From: an uncultured Fibrobacterota bacterium
GTDB lineage: Bacteria > Fibrobacterota > Chitinivibrionia > Chitinivibrionales > FEN-1185
NCBI GenBank assembly: GCA_963729895.1
Contig: CAVSQB010000034.1
Coordinates: 1-43,388 of the forward strand
Direction: 5' to 3'
Length of the DNA stretch: 43,388 nucleotides
Shown here piece by piece: positions 27,597 to 35,870 of the stretch (position 1 is the stretch's first letter; every line of letters begins with the position of its first letter). The position numbers and the translations under genes are program-made. The notes under the pieces are model-generated. The model worked only from the letters and a program-made list of their open reading frames with translations, was not told where the DNA came from and did no database searches.

Positions 27597-28754
27597 ATGA
27601 GAATGTCAAGGCGATCGGCCGACAAACGGTTCGCGGTGGCAGCGATCCTTGTGTTGGCACTCTCGGGAAGCAGCGTGGCCGCAGGCGGGTCGGAACGGAT
27701 CGTGGTAGCCAACGATTGCCCCATTACGCTGTGGATCCATTTTACCGAAACGCCATATACCGCGCCTATCAACGGCGGCAAGGCCCAGAAATTGCTGCCC
27801 AACGACACCCTGGTGTATGATTCGCTGCCGGATTTCGGCTCCGGAAGGTGCTGGGCTTATTATAAAGACCCGGGCAACGCGTCCAATCAGTACGCACCTC
27901 TCATATCGCAAAACGGGTTTGTGGAAATGACCGTGAGCGGCGGCCCCAAGGGCGTGCAGAATTACAATATTTCCTTTGTCGACTATGCCACCCTGCCCGT
28001 GAAGGTAGTAGGGGCAGGAAATTGCATTCCGACAATTGTGCCCGTCAGTTTTGCCGACTGGAAGTACCAGCTCAAAAACGGGTGCCCCACACAGCTTGAC
28101 GATTATATTGACAGCTTGGGAATCGGCAGGTGCCTGGGTTCCTACGACTACTGCGTCCAGCCGGGTTTCGATGCCGATAGTTCGTACTGTTACAAGATGA
28201 AAGACGCCTATGGTTACGACGGCCTGGCACTCTACGGCGGTTCGTTCGGGGGCGCACCGCAGTCGTTCTACGACTCGGTGGCCGGCTGGGAAAGGGGAAC
28301 GTTTGCCGGAGACGCGGATTCCGCCGATTACTATCTTGGCCCGGAACAAGTCAATGGCGTTTGGACAAAACCGTATAACACGTATGCCAAATGGGTCCAC
28401 AAAACCCTTGACGCCGAGGTTTACGCCTTTGCCAACGACGACCATCAGAACCAAAGCGGCTTCCAGGCCTGCCCGAATAGCGGCGAGCTGGACATCACGT
28501 GGTGTCCGTGCGAGGGGCCAACCGCGACGCAGGGGAATTTCACGCCCATACTGCGTTTGCAAAACGAAAAGTTCATGCGGTACGCGATCATCGCGCCCAA
28601 CGGGAAAACCATACGGACCGGCGTCGCCACCTCGATGGAAGAGGTGAGCCGGGCGCTTTCGGCGAGGCTTTCGCAGGGTGTGTATTTCCTTGCGCTCTAC
28701 GGCAGAAACGGGGCTCTGGCCGCGAGCAAAAGGATACTGGTTTCGCCGCGGTAG
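27597..28754 (+). CDS. Secreted thaumatin-like (GH64-TLP superfamily) protein, probable beta-1,3-glucanase or glucan-binding protein, with CTD
   Basis: IVVANDCPITLW, GSGRCWA, FVEMT, YNISFVDYATLPV and VYAFANDD parallel the thaumatin motifs; Cys-rich; C-terminal GVYFLAL. Confidence 0.72.
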   Translation: MRMSRRSADKRFAVAAILVLALSGSSVAAGGSERIVVANDCPITLWIHFTETPYTAPINGGKAQKLLPNDTLVYDSLPDFGSGRCWAYYKDPGNASNQYAPLISQNGFVEMTVSGGPKGVQNYNISFVDYATLPVKVVGAGNCIPTIVPVSFADWKYQLKNGCPTQLDDYIDSLGIGRCLGSYDYCVQPGFDADSSYCYKMKDAYGYDGLALYGGSFGGAPQSFYDSVAGWERGTFAGDADSADYYLGPEQVNGVWTKPYNTYAKWVHKTLDAEVYAFANDDHQNQSGFQACPNSGELDITWCPCEGPTATQGNFTPILRLQNEKFMRYAIIAPNGKTIRTGVATSMEEVSRALSARLSQGVYFLALYGRNGALAASKRILVSPR

Positions 28755-28918
28755 GACGGATGCAGGAAGCAAGACCGCGGGAACCGTGGTATGGACGATA
28801 CAACAGGCGTCGTGCCGTTACTCAGTGGTTTTTTCAACGCAGACTCACGGGTATTGTAGGGGGAAGTTTGCAGGAAGACCTGACGTCTGGCGCCTGTTTT
28901 TCTCTTGAGCCGGCATAA

Positions 28919-28991
28919 GAAAACCTCACCCGTTTCTCCCTCCCTTTAAGACTTACCGGGCACAACCCGGGTAAGCCCGGGTGAGGTTTTC
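28919..28991. other. Long stem-loop with an internal hairpin, possible terminator or repeat remnant
   Basis: GAAAACCTCACCCG..CGGGTGAGGTTTTC (14 bp) enclosing CTTACCGGG-CACAA-CCCGGGTAAG. Confidence 0.5.
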
Positions 28992-29087
28992 CCGGCCGGC
29001 CAGCCTGCTTTGCGCACTTGTTACCCTCACCCGCAAACCTCTTCCCGTTCCAGGCGCCTTTTCAAAGCGCCCGGGTGGGGCTTGTCT

Positions 29088-29178
29088 AATTGTAGATTGC
29101 AGATTGTGGATTGGGGATTGAGCAGAATTACGGTTTGCTCTGCCTTCGCTTTTCAATCGTCAATCTACAATCTACAAC
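29088..29178. repeat. Inverted pair of 7-mer tandem tracts
   Basis: Five GATTGNN-type units, a small hairpin, then four NCAATCT-type complementary units. Confidence 0.8.
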
Positions 29179-29234
29179 GAAAAGAACCGGTGCCGCCCGG
29201 AAGGCGCCCAAATTTACAATTTATGCTTCAACGC

Positions 29235-29262
29235 TCCGTTACCCGAAGATGTAACGGATAAT
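29235..29262. promoter_or_regulatory. Second copy of the operator candidate, upstream of GH64
   Basis: TCCGTTAC-CCGAAGAT-GTAACGGATAAT: same arms and N8 spacing as 27473, different spacer sequence. Confidence 0.72.
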
Positions 29263-29389
29263 CAATTCACCCTTCTAATTCCCCCCCAAAATTCATCACT
29301 GAGAGTTATACTTATGTGTGAAGACCGCCACGGGAAAATGACGTTATTGCCGCGTGGCGGGTTCAGAAACGCTCAAAAGGGAGGGACAC

Positions 29390-30823
29390 GTGAAAAAAGC
29401 AGTTTGTGCCGTCGTCATTCTAGTGTGCGCCGCATTTTCAACCCTGTACGCTCAAGCAGCGGTCGGATCATTCCCCGTTATCTTCAATAACCTGGCCAAG
29501 AACACCTATGCCGACAGTCAGATTTACATTTACTCCATCGGAATGACCGGCGGGAATTGGTGCTACATGACCAAAGACGGCACCATGCTGCCGATGAATG
29601 CCGCGGATGCGAATGCGGCCGGACACTTGACAAAGAACGGCAAGAATTACCCCAATTACCCTTTTCGTCTTTCCGATGCCCAAAATTTCAGGATACCTCC
29701 GTCCGTCGGGGGCGGGCGGCTTTACATGAGCGTCGGGTCACCTCTGTATATGACCGGTGACGCCGGCGGAGTTCAGTTACCGGACCCCAACAACCCCGGC
29801 GATCCCAACGACTCCATATACTACGACTGGTTCGAGTATACGTACATTTACAATCAGCTTCAATTCGGCGGCAACACGACCCAGGTGGACCTCTTCGGCT
29901 TCCCCTATGTCGCGACGGTCAGACAGGATGCCGGAAACGGCGTTGCAACAAGTTTTCTTGACAGCTGCGGCGTTAATATTCCAAGGGACCAGATAATCAA
30001 AGATTTCCAGGACAGCATGTCGGCGCCTTTTCAGGGTTGCATAAGGCCATGCCGCGTAGTGGCGCCGCGTTCGTCGAGCCAGTTCGGCACCGGCGGAACC
30101 TACGTGAATTACTTGAAGCCCTATCTCGATTCGCTTTGGGCCCTATGGAAGGTCACCCCGCTCAGTTTCTATAACGGAACGCAGCATTATATCGGCACCG
30201 TCGACGCCAACGGAGTGCTGCAGTTTACCGGCGCCGAGACCGGATCCATGCCGGAACCCACCACACAAGAAGTGTGGGCCTGCGCCGGCTTTCCCGGGTA
30301 TGTTGGGGCCGCACTTTCCGCAGCCATGAACCGCGGCGTGGCGAGAATTGGCGCCGACTTTTACGACCCGACGACGTATTATAAAGTGAGTACCTACAAG
30401 AATGAGTTTTCACAGGTCTTGCACGGGATCAGCATTCACAATAAGGCGTACGGGTTTGGCTATGATGATAACAATAACCAGAGTTCGGTGCTGATTGTAG
30501 GCAGTTCGCAGCCACTTACGTCTCTTACCATCACCATTGAGCCGTTTGTGTCGGGTCCCGTCGCCACGGTTGTTTCCGAGAACAAATCGGCAGCCAACCG
30601 GCCGGGAATCCTGTACGTGACCGGTAACCAGATCGTTTTGAAGAACGTCAACCAGATCGCAGAGGTCGCGCTGGTTTCCGTGAACGGAAAGACCGTTGTC
30701 AGGAACATCGACGTGTCTGCCGGGAACAGGGTGGTCAGCACGCTGGGGCTGGCGCACGGGGCGTATCTTGTGAGGATAAGGGACAAGCAGGGGATTGTGA
30801 CGATGGCGAAGATTGTCAGGTAG
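29390..30823 (+). CDS. Secreted GH64 beta-1,3-glucanase with CTD
   Basis: GGRLYMSVGSPL, NPGDPN..YDWFEYT (catalytic E), NTTQVDLFG (catalytic D) and KAYGFGYDD; GTG start after AAGGGAGG. Confidence 0.88.
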   Translation: MKKAVCAVVILVCAAFSTLYAQAAVGSFPVIFNNLAKNTYADSQIYIYSIGMTGGNWCYMTKDGTMLPMNAADANAAGHLTKNGKNYPNYPFRLSDAQNFRIPPSVGGGRLYMSVGSPLYMTGDAGGVQLPDPNNPGDPNDSIYYDWFEYTYIYNQLQFGGNTTQVDLFGFPYVATVRQDAGNGVATSFLDSCGVNIPRDQIIKDFQDSMSAPFQGCIRPCRVVAPRSSSQFGTGGTYVNYLKPYLDSLWALWKVTPLSFYNGTQHYIGTVDANGVLQFTGAETGSMPEPTTQEVWACAGFPGYVGAALSAAMNRGVARIGADFYDPTTYYKVSTYKNEFSQVLHGISIHNKAYGFGYDDNNNQSSVLIVGSSQPLTSLTITIEPFVSGPVATVVSENKSAANRPGILYVTGNQIVLKNVNQIAEVALVSVNGKTVVRNIDVSAGNRVVSTLGLAHGAYLVRIRDKQGIVTMAKIVR

Positions 30824-30989
30824 GAGGGAACGCGGCGAGTTTGTCATTCCGATAAGCAGTCTTTAGAAAAGTTCTCTATAAAGGTCATTTGTTGGCCGAT
30901 ACGGGTCAATGAATGACCTTTCGTTTGTGGCATTCAATTTTTCCGGCTGTCCTTCGTTTTTCGCCCATTGTCGTATGCAGGGGACTATG

Positions 30990-31200
30990 GCGGGGTTGCG
31001 CCCCCGCGCGACGCCCTGCTTTTCTTCTGCAGCGAAGAAAAGTAGGCAAAAGACGCCGCCCCGCAGCGTCGGCTTATCCTTCGGCCGGCGGGTCGCTCGC
31101 AAACTCGCCCGGCATGACAAGGGGTAAAACGTCAAAAGGTGTGCCGGGCTCAAACAGCGCGAGCGACTGATCCTCCGGCCTCAGGGCCGCCTCTGAGGGG
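30990..31200 (+). repeat. Multi-hairpin MITE-like element of a different type; single copy in the window
   Basis: GCGGGG-TTGCGC-CCCCGC, TGCTTTTCTT-CTGCAGCG-AAGAAAAGTA and TCGCTCGC..AACTCGCCCGGCA..TGCCGGGCTCAAACAGCGCGAGCGA; lies between convergent genes. Confidence 0.55.
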
Positions 31201-31456
31201 TTGAAATTATGACAATAAATCCACTGCTTGGCCTTTTAATAAGAAACATCACAATACCTCTACTAACCTCCCGGGGGAGGTTGGTGGGCGATATAACAGG
31301 CATTTTCCTTGGCGGGTCTAAGGGCCGGCCAGGCCCTTCCATCTCTTGAATGTGCATTTGTCCTTGAATTTTTATAACCCTGAAACCCCAGGTCAATTTT
31401 CTTCTCCAAACCAGATTCTTCACCCCCAACGCCGGACATGGGTTTCGCCGATCTTA

Positions 31457-32587
31457 TCATCTTCCCATCCCCGCCACCACCCTCACATTTTCCCCAAACG
31501 TCTCGCCCTTGACCTGCACGATAAACACACCTCCGGCCCGAATACCTTCGCCCAGGGGAATCGTCGCGCTTCCTTCTCCCGGAACCCGGCTGACCGACGC
31601 TCCCGGCACCATGCGGCCGTCAAACGTGAATGTCCTGACGGTCACGAGTTGGGCAGTCGGGACGCGCATGCAAAGAACGCCGTGCGACACGAAGCACGAA
31701 AACGCCGGGGTGCGGCCCACCCGCGCCGGGGCAACGGCACTCGGGGCCCGTTTGACCGTAATGTCGACGCTTGCTGTTGTGGAATCGTACACGGCGCCCC
31801 AGAGTTGAGCGGACACGGTGAGGACCACCGAATCTAGGGCGACGACAATGGTGTCGACGGCGGAGGGATATACAAATTTCGGGAAATCGTTTGCGATGGT
31901 GGCGCCGGGGTCCACCGCCAGCGATACCGCTACCTTGTCGCATAGGGCGTTCGTTGACAACCGGTATAGCTCCGGCCCACCCTTGAGCGCAACGATGAGG
32001 TCGTATTCGCAGTTCCCGCCGAAGGGCCCGTAGGTCTGAAGGGCCATGGCGTTGTTCGTAACGGTGTAATGGACGGAGATGCTGTCGGCAAGATAGTAGA
32101 CGGACTTCTCGGTTGCGATGGTGAAGGTTGCGTTGTGGTACACAACGCTTCCCGCATTTGCAAACGCAACGGTACTCACATCGAACGCACCAGCCGTGGT
32201 TGATTGATCTATAACGTTGTAAACCCCTGCGTCAAGCCTGCCGAGTTTGAAAACCGGACCGTAGACCACCGGGAGGTAAATAAAAGAGCACGGCCTTGCA
32301 GGAATGGGGACCGTGATGTACGAAACAGTAACGTTGTAAACCGGCGTGTTCGAGATAGCCGGGCCAACGGTGATGATGGCCGATGCGTTGGTGAACCTGT
32401 CCGGAACCAGGCATGAATTGTCCGCCGTCCCGAGCACCTCCTGCACTTCAACCGAGTCCTTTTGCGCTGCAGGCCAGGAAGGAGTGACAATGAGGTAAGG
32501 ATACGTCATCGTCGGTTGACCGAATGCCAAACCTGCCACCACGGCAGACATCAGAACGAATGCTGTTATTTTTGCTGTTGGATGCAT
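31457..32587 (-). CDS. Secreted hypothetical protein with a BsuPI-like domain and CTD
   Basis: Signal peptide; TEKSVY..VHYTVTNN..EYDLIV..ELYRLS..LAVDPGAT resembles the BsuPI Ig-like pattern; C-terminal FTFDGRMV..GVFIVQVK. Confidence 0.55.
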   Translation of the reverse strand: MHPTAKITAFVLMSAVVAGLAFGQPTMTYPYLIVTPSWPAAQKDSVEVQEVLGTADNSCLVPDRFTNASAIITVGPAISNTPVYNVTVSYITVPIPARPCSFIYLPVVYGPVFKLGRLDAGVYNVIDQSTTAGAFDVSTVAFANAGSVVYHNATFTIATEKSVYYLADSISVHYTVTNNAMALQTYGPFGGNCEYDLIVALKGGPELYRLSTNALCDKVAVSLAVDPGATIANDFPKFVYPSAVDTIVVALDSVVLTVSAQLWGAVYDSTTASVDITVKRAPSAVAPARVGRTPAFSCFVSHGVLCMRVPTAQLVTVRTFTFDGRMVPGASVSRVPGEGSATIPLGEGIRAGGVFIVQVKGETFGENVRVVAGMGR

Positions 32588-32810
32588 TGTGCACGCTCCT
32601 TCTTGCGTCAGCCTGCTGCCGGCTTGCCTGCCCTGCGTTCAGATTCAGCGCAGCATGGCCGGTTGTTGACAATATAACACATTTTCTGATGGAAAGCCGG
32701 GTGGCCTAGGCCAAACGTCGCGCCTTGGCATTCTTTGCGAGAGCCTTTTTTTCCCGAAATAGCAACGGGAGATTCGGGTGTTCTCCGCGTCTCCGTGGTG
32801 AATCTTCTTC

Positions 32811-33866
32811 TCACGGTCTATCGAGCAACTCCCTCAAATGCTCCTTGCAATCTCCCTTTTCCTTGGACAAAACCTTGATGCTTGATAGTACCGCGCGCAA
32901 ATCGCGGTTCTTCTTTTCGTACAGCCGGTAGAACAGGTCGAGGTCGAGGGTGTAGGTCATGTCCGCGCTGATGAAGGCGTTGTTGATGTTCGCCTTTTCG
33001 AGCCCCCGAAACGAAGGTGTAAGAAACAGGGAGTCGTAGCCGGCGGCAAGCGAATCCTTGAAATGCGCGATGATCGCCTGCTTCTGCCGGAGCTTGTCGT
33101 CAACCGAAACGCCGCTTTTGTACACCGAGGAGAGCCGGTTGTACAAAGACCTCATGAGCCGGTAATAGGTGTTGATGTCCTGCGCCGTTTTCACGGATGC
33201 CGTGTACGCCGCCGAGGTGTCGCCGTATCTGGCCCTGATGAACCGGAGCGCGCCTTCCGATCCTGTAAAGCAGGCGAGTTCCTCGTTGAAGTCGACCTGG
33301 TTCTTTACATACACGGTGGCGTGCGTCTGTTCGTGGATGATCAGGTTGGCAAGTTCGTAAACGGGAAAATTCTTCATGAAGGAATAAAGGGGATCGGAAA
33401 GAAACCCGAGCGTGGAGAACGCGTCGACCCGGCCCACATACACGTCGTAGCCCTTTCTGGAAAGCCGTGCGGCCTCGGAATCGGCGTCGGCCTTGTTGAA
33501 ATAGCCCCGCAGCGGCCAGCACCCGAACAGCGGGTAGCACCAGGTGTACGGAGTAAAGTCGGCCTTGCCCGAGGCCGACACCACGTTGATGAGATATCCC
33601 TTGTTGATGGACACATACGTGGTGTAATTCGCGGTGCGCCTGAGGCCGACGGAATCAAAAGCGAATGCCCGGATCTCGTTGACAAGAGAAAAGAACCGTT
33701 TAAGGGAATCCGGTGTTTCCGGACGCTGCGAAAGCTTTGAAACGGGCCTGGCTTCCAGGGTGTAGGAGAACATGCGCGCGCCCTGCTTCCAGAGGTAGCA
33801 GCCGTTGAGCAGCACGGCGCAGGAGGCAACTATGATACATGTTGCGGATCGTAATGGATGTATCAT
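32811..33866 (-). CDS. Predicted zinc aminopeptidase lipoprotein (DUF2265-like)
   Basis: Lipobox LNGC; WCYPLFGCWPLRGYF, AFSTLGFLSDPL, IIHEQTH (HEXXH) and FNEELA. Start moved from 34211 to MIHPLR. Confidence 0.85.
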   Translation of the reverse strand: MIHPLRSATCIIVASCAVLLNGCYLWKQGARMFSYTLEARPVSKLSQRPETPDSLKRFFSLVNEIRAFAFDSVGLRRTANYTTYVSINKGYLINVVSASGKADFTPYTWCYPLFGCWPLRGYFNKADADSEAARLSRKGYDVYVGRVDAFSTLGFLSDPLYSFMKNFPVYELANLIIHEQTHATVYVKNQVDFNEELACFTGSEGALRFIRARYGDTSAAYTASVKTAQDINTYYRLMRSLYNRLSSVYKSGVSVDDKLRQKQAIIAHFKDSLAAGYDSLFLTPSFRGLEKANINNAFISADMTYTLDLDLFYRLYEKKNRDLRAVLSSIKVLSKEKGDCKEHLRELLDRP

Positions 33867-34000
33867 GGAAGGGAGCAACCTTTTAGGGACGATCGACGGC
33901 GGCCGGTGCCGTTGTGCCACGTCAATGACACAGGTGCGAAAAAGAAAATGCGTGATGTCGGACATGGGCGGGGTAAATCTTTTCACTGGAGGAACCGGCT

Positions 34001-34861
34001 TCACTTGCAGGCGGTCACCCCGAACGCCCTCGGTCTCGATATGACATTTGCAAAGCCCGCCTCCTTGAGCCTTCGCACCACTCCCTTGGTCGTTCGCCCG
34101 CCGCTTTGACTGCCCGGGTCCCCCACATAATGAAAGACGCGGCCGCCGCGCCTCAAGACCCGGAAAAGCTGTTGGTAAAATGCTCCCGAGAACAAATCTC
34201 CGGCGAGGCACACTGCCGGAGGGTCGTGGATGATGCGGTCGAATGACTCATCCGCGAATGCCTCGATTTTTTGGCTGCTGTCGCCGAAAAGTCGCTCTAT
34301 CTTCGGATTGTCGAACAATTCCCTCGACCACGGGTTGACACGTGCAATTTCTCCGGCAACAGGTTCCAGCTCGATGGTGACGACCGCCGTGGCCGTTTGT
34401 GCCGCTTCGACCGCGGTGTATCCCAGTCCGGTTGCCGTGTCCAGCACCCGGCCGTACACGGGAGCAACGCTTCGAATCATTTCACGGGCGGCCTCCAGCG
34501 GGTCGGTGTTCTTGACACGATGCATGGGAAACCCTGCAACGATCAGCGCCGGTGCGGTTTTCGTGGGCATGAGGCTGAACGAACGGCCGGTGAGAGCTGA
34601 GTATCCCCTGATCGGCAGCGGCGCATTGTCGACAATGCGAAAACAGGCATTTTCATTTGAAGCGATCTCTTGCAGGTGATCCCACGAAACCGCTGTCCCA
34701 TCTGGAAAGGAGACGCCTGCACGGCTTATTTTTACCGCGGCCGGTGTCAGGCCGAGGTCGGCGGAGGAAACCGCGGCGGATTCCCCGTCTTTCCGGGCCC
34801 GCGTGAGATCGGATGCCTGGAAGCGGCTGAGGAGAACGGATGAATGAATTGGAGTTTTCAT
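34001..34861 (-). CDS. SAM-dependent methyltransferase (COG2521-like)
   Basis: [38 protein letters not shown] and FHYVGDPG. Confidence 0.85.
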   Translation of the reverse strand: MKTPIHSSVLLSRFQASDLTRARKDGESAAVSSADLGLTPAAVKISRAGVSFPDGTAVSWDHLQEIASNENACFRIVDNAPLPIRGYSALTGRSFSLMPTKTAPALIVAGFPMHRVKNTDPLEAAREMIRSVAPVYGRVLDTATGLGYTAVEAAQTATAVVTIELEPVAGEIARVNPWSRELFDNPKIERLFGDSSQKIEAFADESFDRIIHDPPAVCLAGDLFSGAFYQQLFRVLRRGGRVFHYVGDPGSQSGGRTTKGVVRRLKEAGFANVISRPRAFGVTACK

Positions 34862-34898
34862 ATCGTTCACCAAGCCGGACCCGCTGCTCTTGACAAAT

Positions 34899-35306
34899 TC
34901 ATGCTTCCGAGACCCGACTCTGCCAGCGCGGTTCGCCTTCATCGTTCCGCTTCGCGTACACCCCCGAGCTCTTTATGAATTTCCCGTCCTTAAGAATCCC
35001 GCATGCGATGTGCTCGTAACCGCACTTTATCATGATCTGCTTGATCATGTTGTTGACCAAGACGACGGCATCGTCGTCACGGTAATCGGTTGACGCAAGG
35101 TCGTGTCCAAACCGGGATTCGATTTCCCGGTGCAGGTGGAAAATGGCCGGCTTGCCCGATTCCGCGGCGGAAAGCATGAGCCTGAGGTTGCGCGCATCGG
35201 TGAGAAACGCCCACAGATTTTTGGCAAAAGGCGTTTCCATAAGGTAGGCGAACCGGCCCGGGGAATAGGTGTTGATATCAAGGGAAGAAGGTTGAGGGTG
35301 CTTCAT
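34899..35306 (-). CDS. Hypothetical protein
   Basis: Protein-like ORF of about 135 aa, co-oriented with its neighbours; start 35306 or 35339. Confidence 0.7.
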   Translation of the reverse strand: MKHPQPSSLDINTYSPGRFAYLMETPFAKNLWAFLTDARNLRLMLSAAESGKPAIFHLHREIESRFGHDLASTDYRDDDAVVLVNNMIKQIMIKCGYEHIACGILKDGKFIKSSGVYAKRNDEGEPRWQSRVSEA

Positions 35307-35434
35307 AATTCCTGCAGACCCTGGCGTTTTTTTTGACACTGATTCTCGATCATAGTCCGTATCCTTGGGGCGCTTCCAGTGTTTCGGCGCCGGTCCGCCC
35401 CATTCTCAAGATTTGCAAAATCAAAGTTTGATTA

Positions 35435-35843
35435 TGGATTGCCGAGCCGGTGCAGCGAATATCAAGATAACGAGTTAGGCGTTACCCTCGCTGCGCTCGG
35501 GTCGGTCCACCCCTTCGGGTGCTTCCAAGGGTCGTCCTTGTGGGCTCGGCAGGTTGCCTCGGTGCCGCCTGCCCTATGGCCTGCGGCCCGGGTCAGGCAG
35601 CCCTGCGCTCTCGCGCACCCTGCGTTCCACCTAACGCTGGACAAAAGATAGTTGCCACCATTGTCAAGTTCCTCTATGCAAGATGCAAATGCATGAGGAG
35701 TCGTTTGCTTATTAACGCGCAAACTGGAATCTTTTCCTCGGCCATCACAGCTACCCCTCGTGGGTGCCCCCCAACCAAAGATTGAATTCTCGCAAATAAA
35801 CTCACTTGGGGGTCACCCGGCTCAGCCATCCAAATGCATTTGA
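35435..35843 (+). repeat. Composite modular repeat (MITE-like) with imperfect terminal inverted repeats
   Basis: Begins TGGATTGCCGAGCCGG and ends CCGGCTCAGCCATCCA-AATGCATTTGA (14 of 16 positions inverted); inverted homologue of 7210..7692. Confidence 0.85.
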
Positions 35844-35870
35844 TTATGTATAGTTCCCCGGGAGAAAACA

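Noticed and set aside
31305..31345. GGGTCTAAGG resembling part of a c-di-GMP-I riboswitch
   Set aside because: The upstream GGCAAA/GAAA/GCAAA elements are missing and the site lies between convergent genes.
32811..34211. Extended N-termini in the ORF track (starts 34211, 21001, 15841, 14983, 14408)
   Set aside because: They overlap neighbouring genes or repeats; downstream starts with signal peptides, RBS or coupling fit better.
35474..35637. GTTAGGC ... ACCTAAC as an integron attC site
   Set aside because: The boxes are in the wrong order for attC (RYYYAAC should come first), and there are no L boxes, cassette array or integrase.
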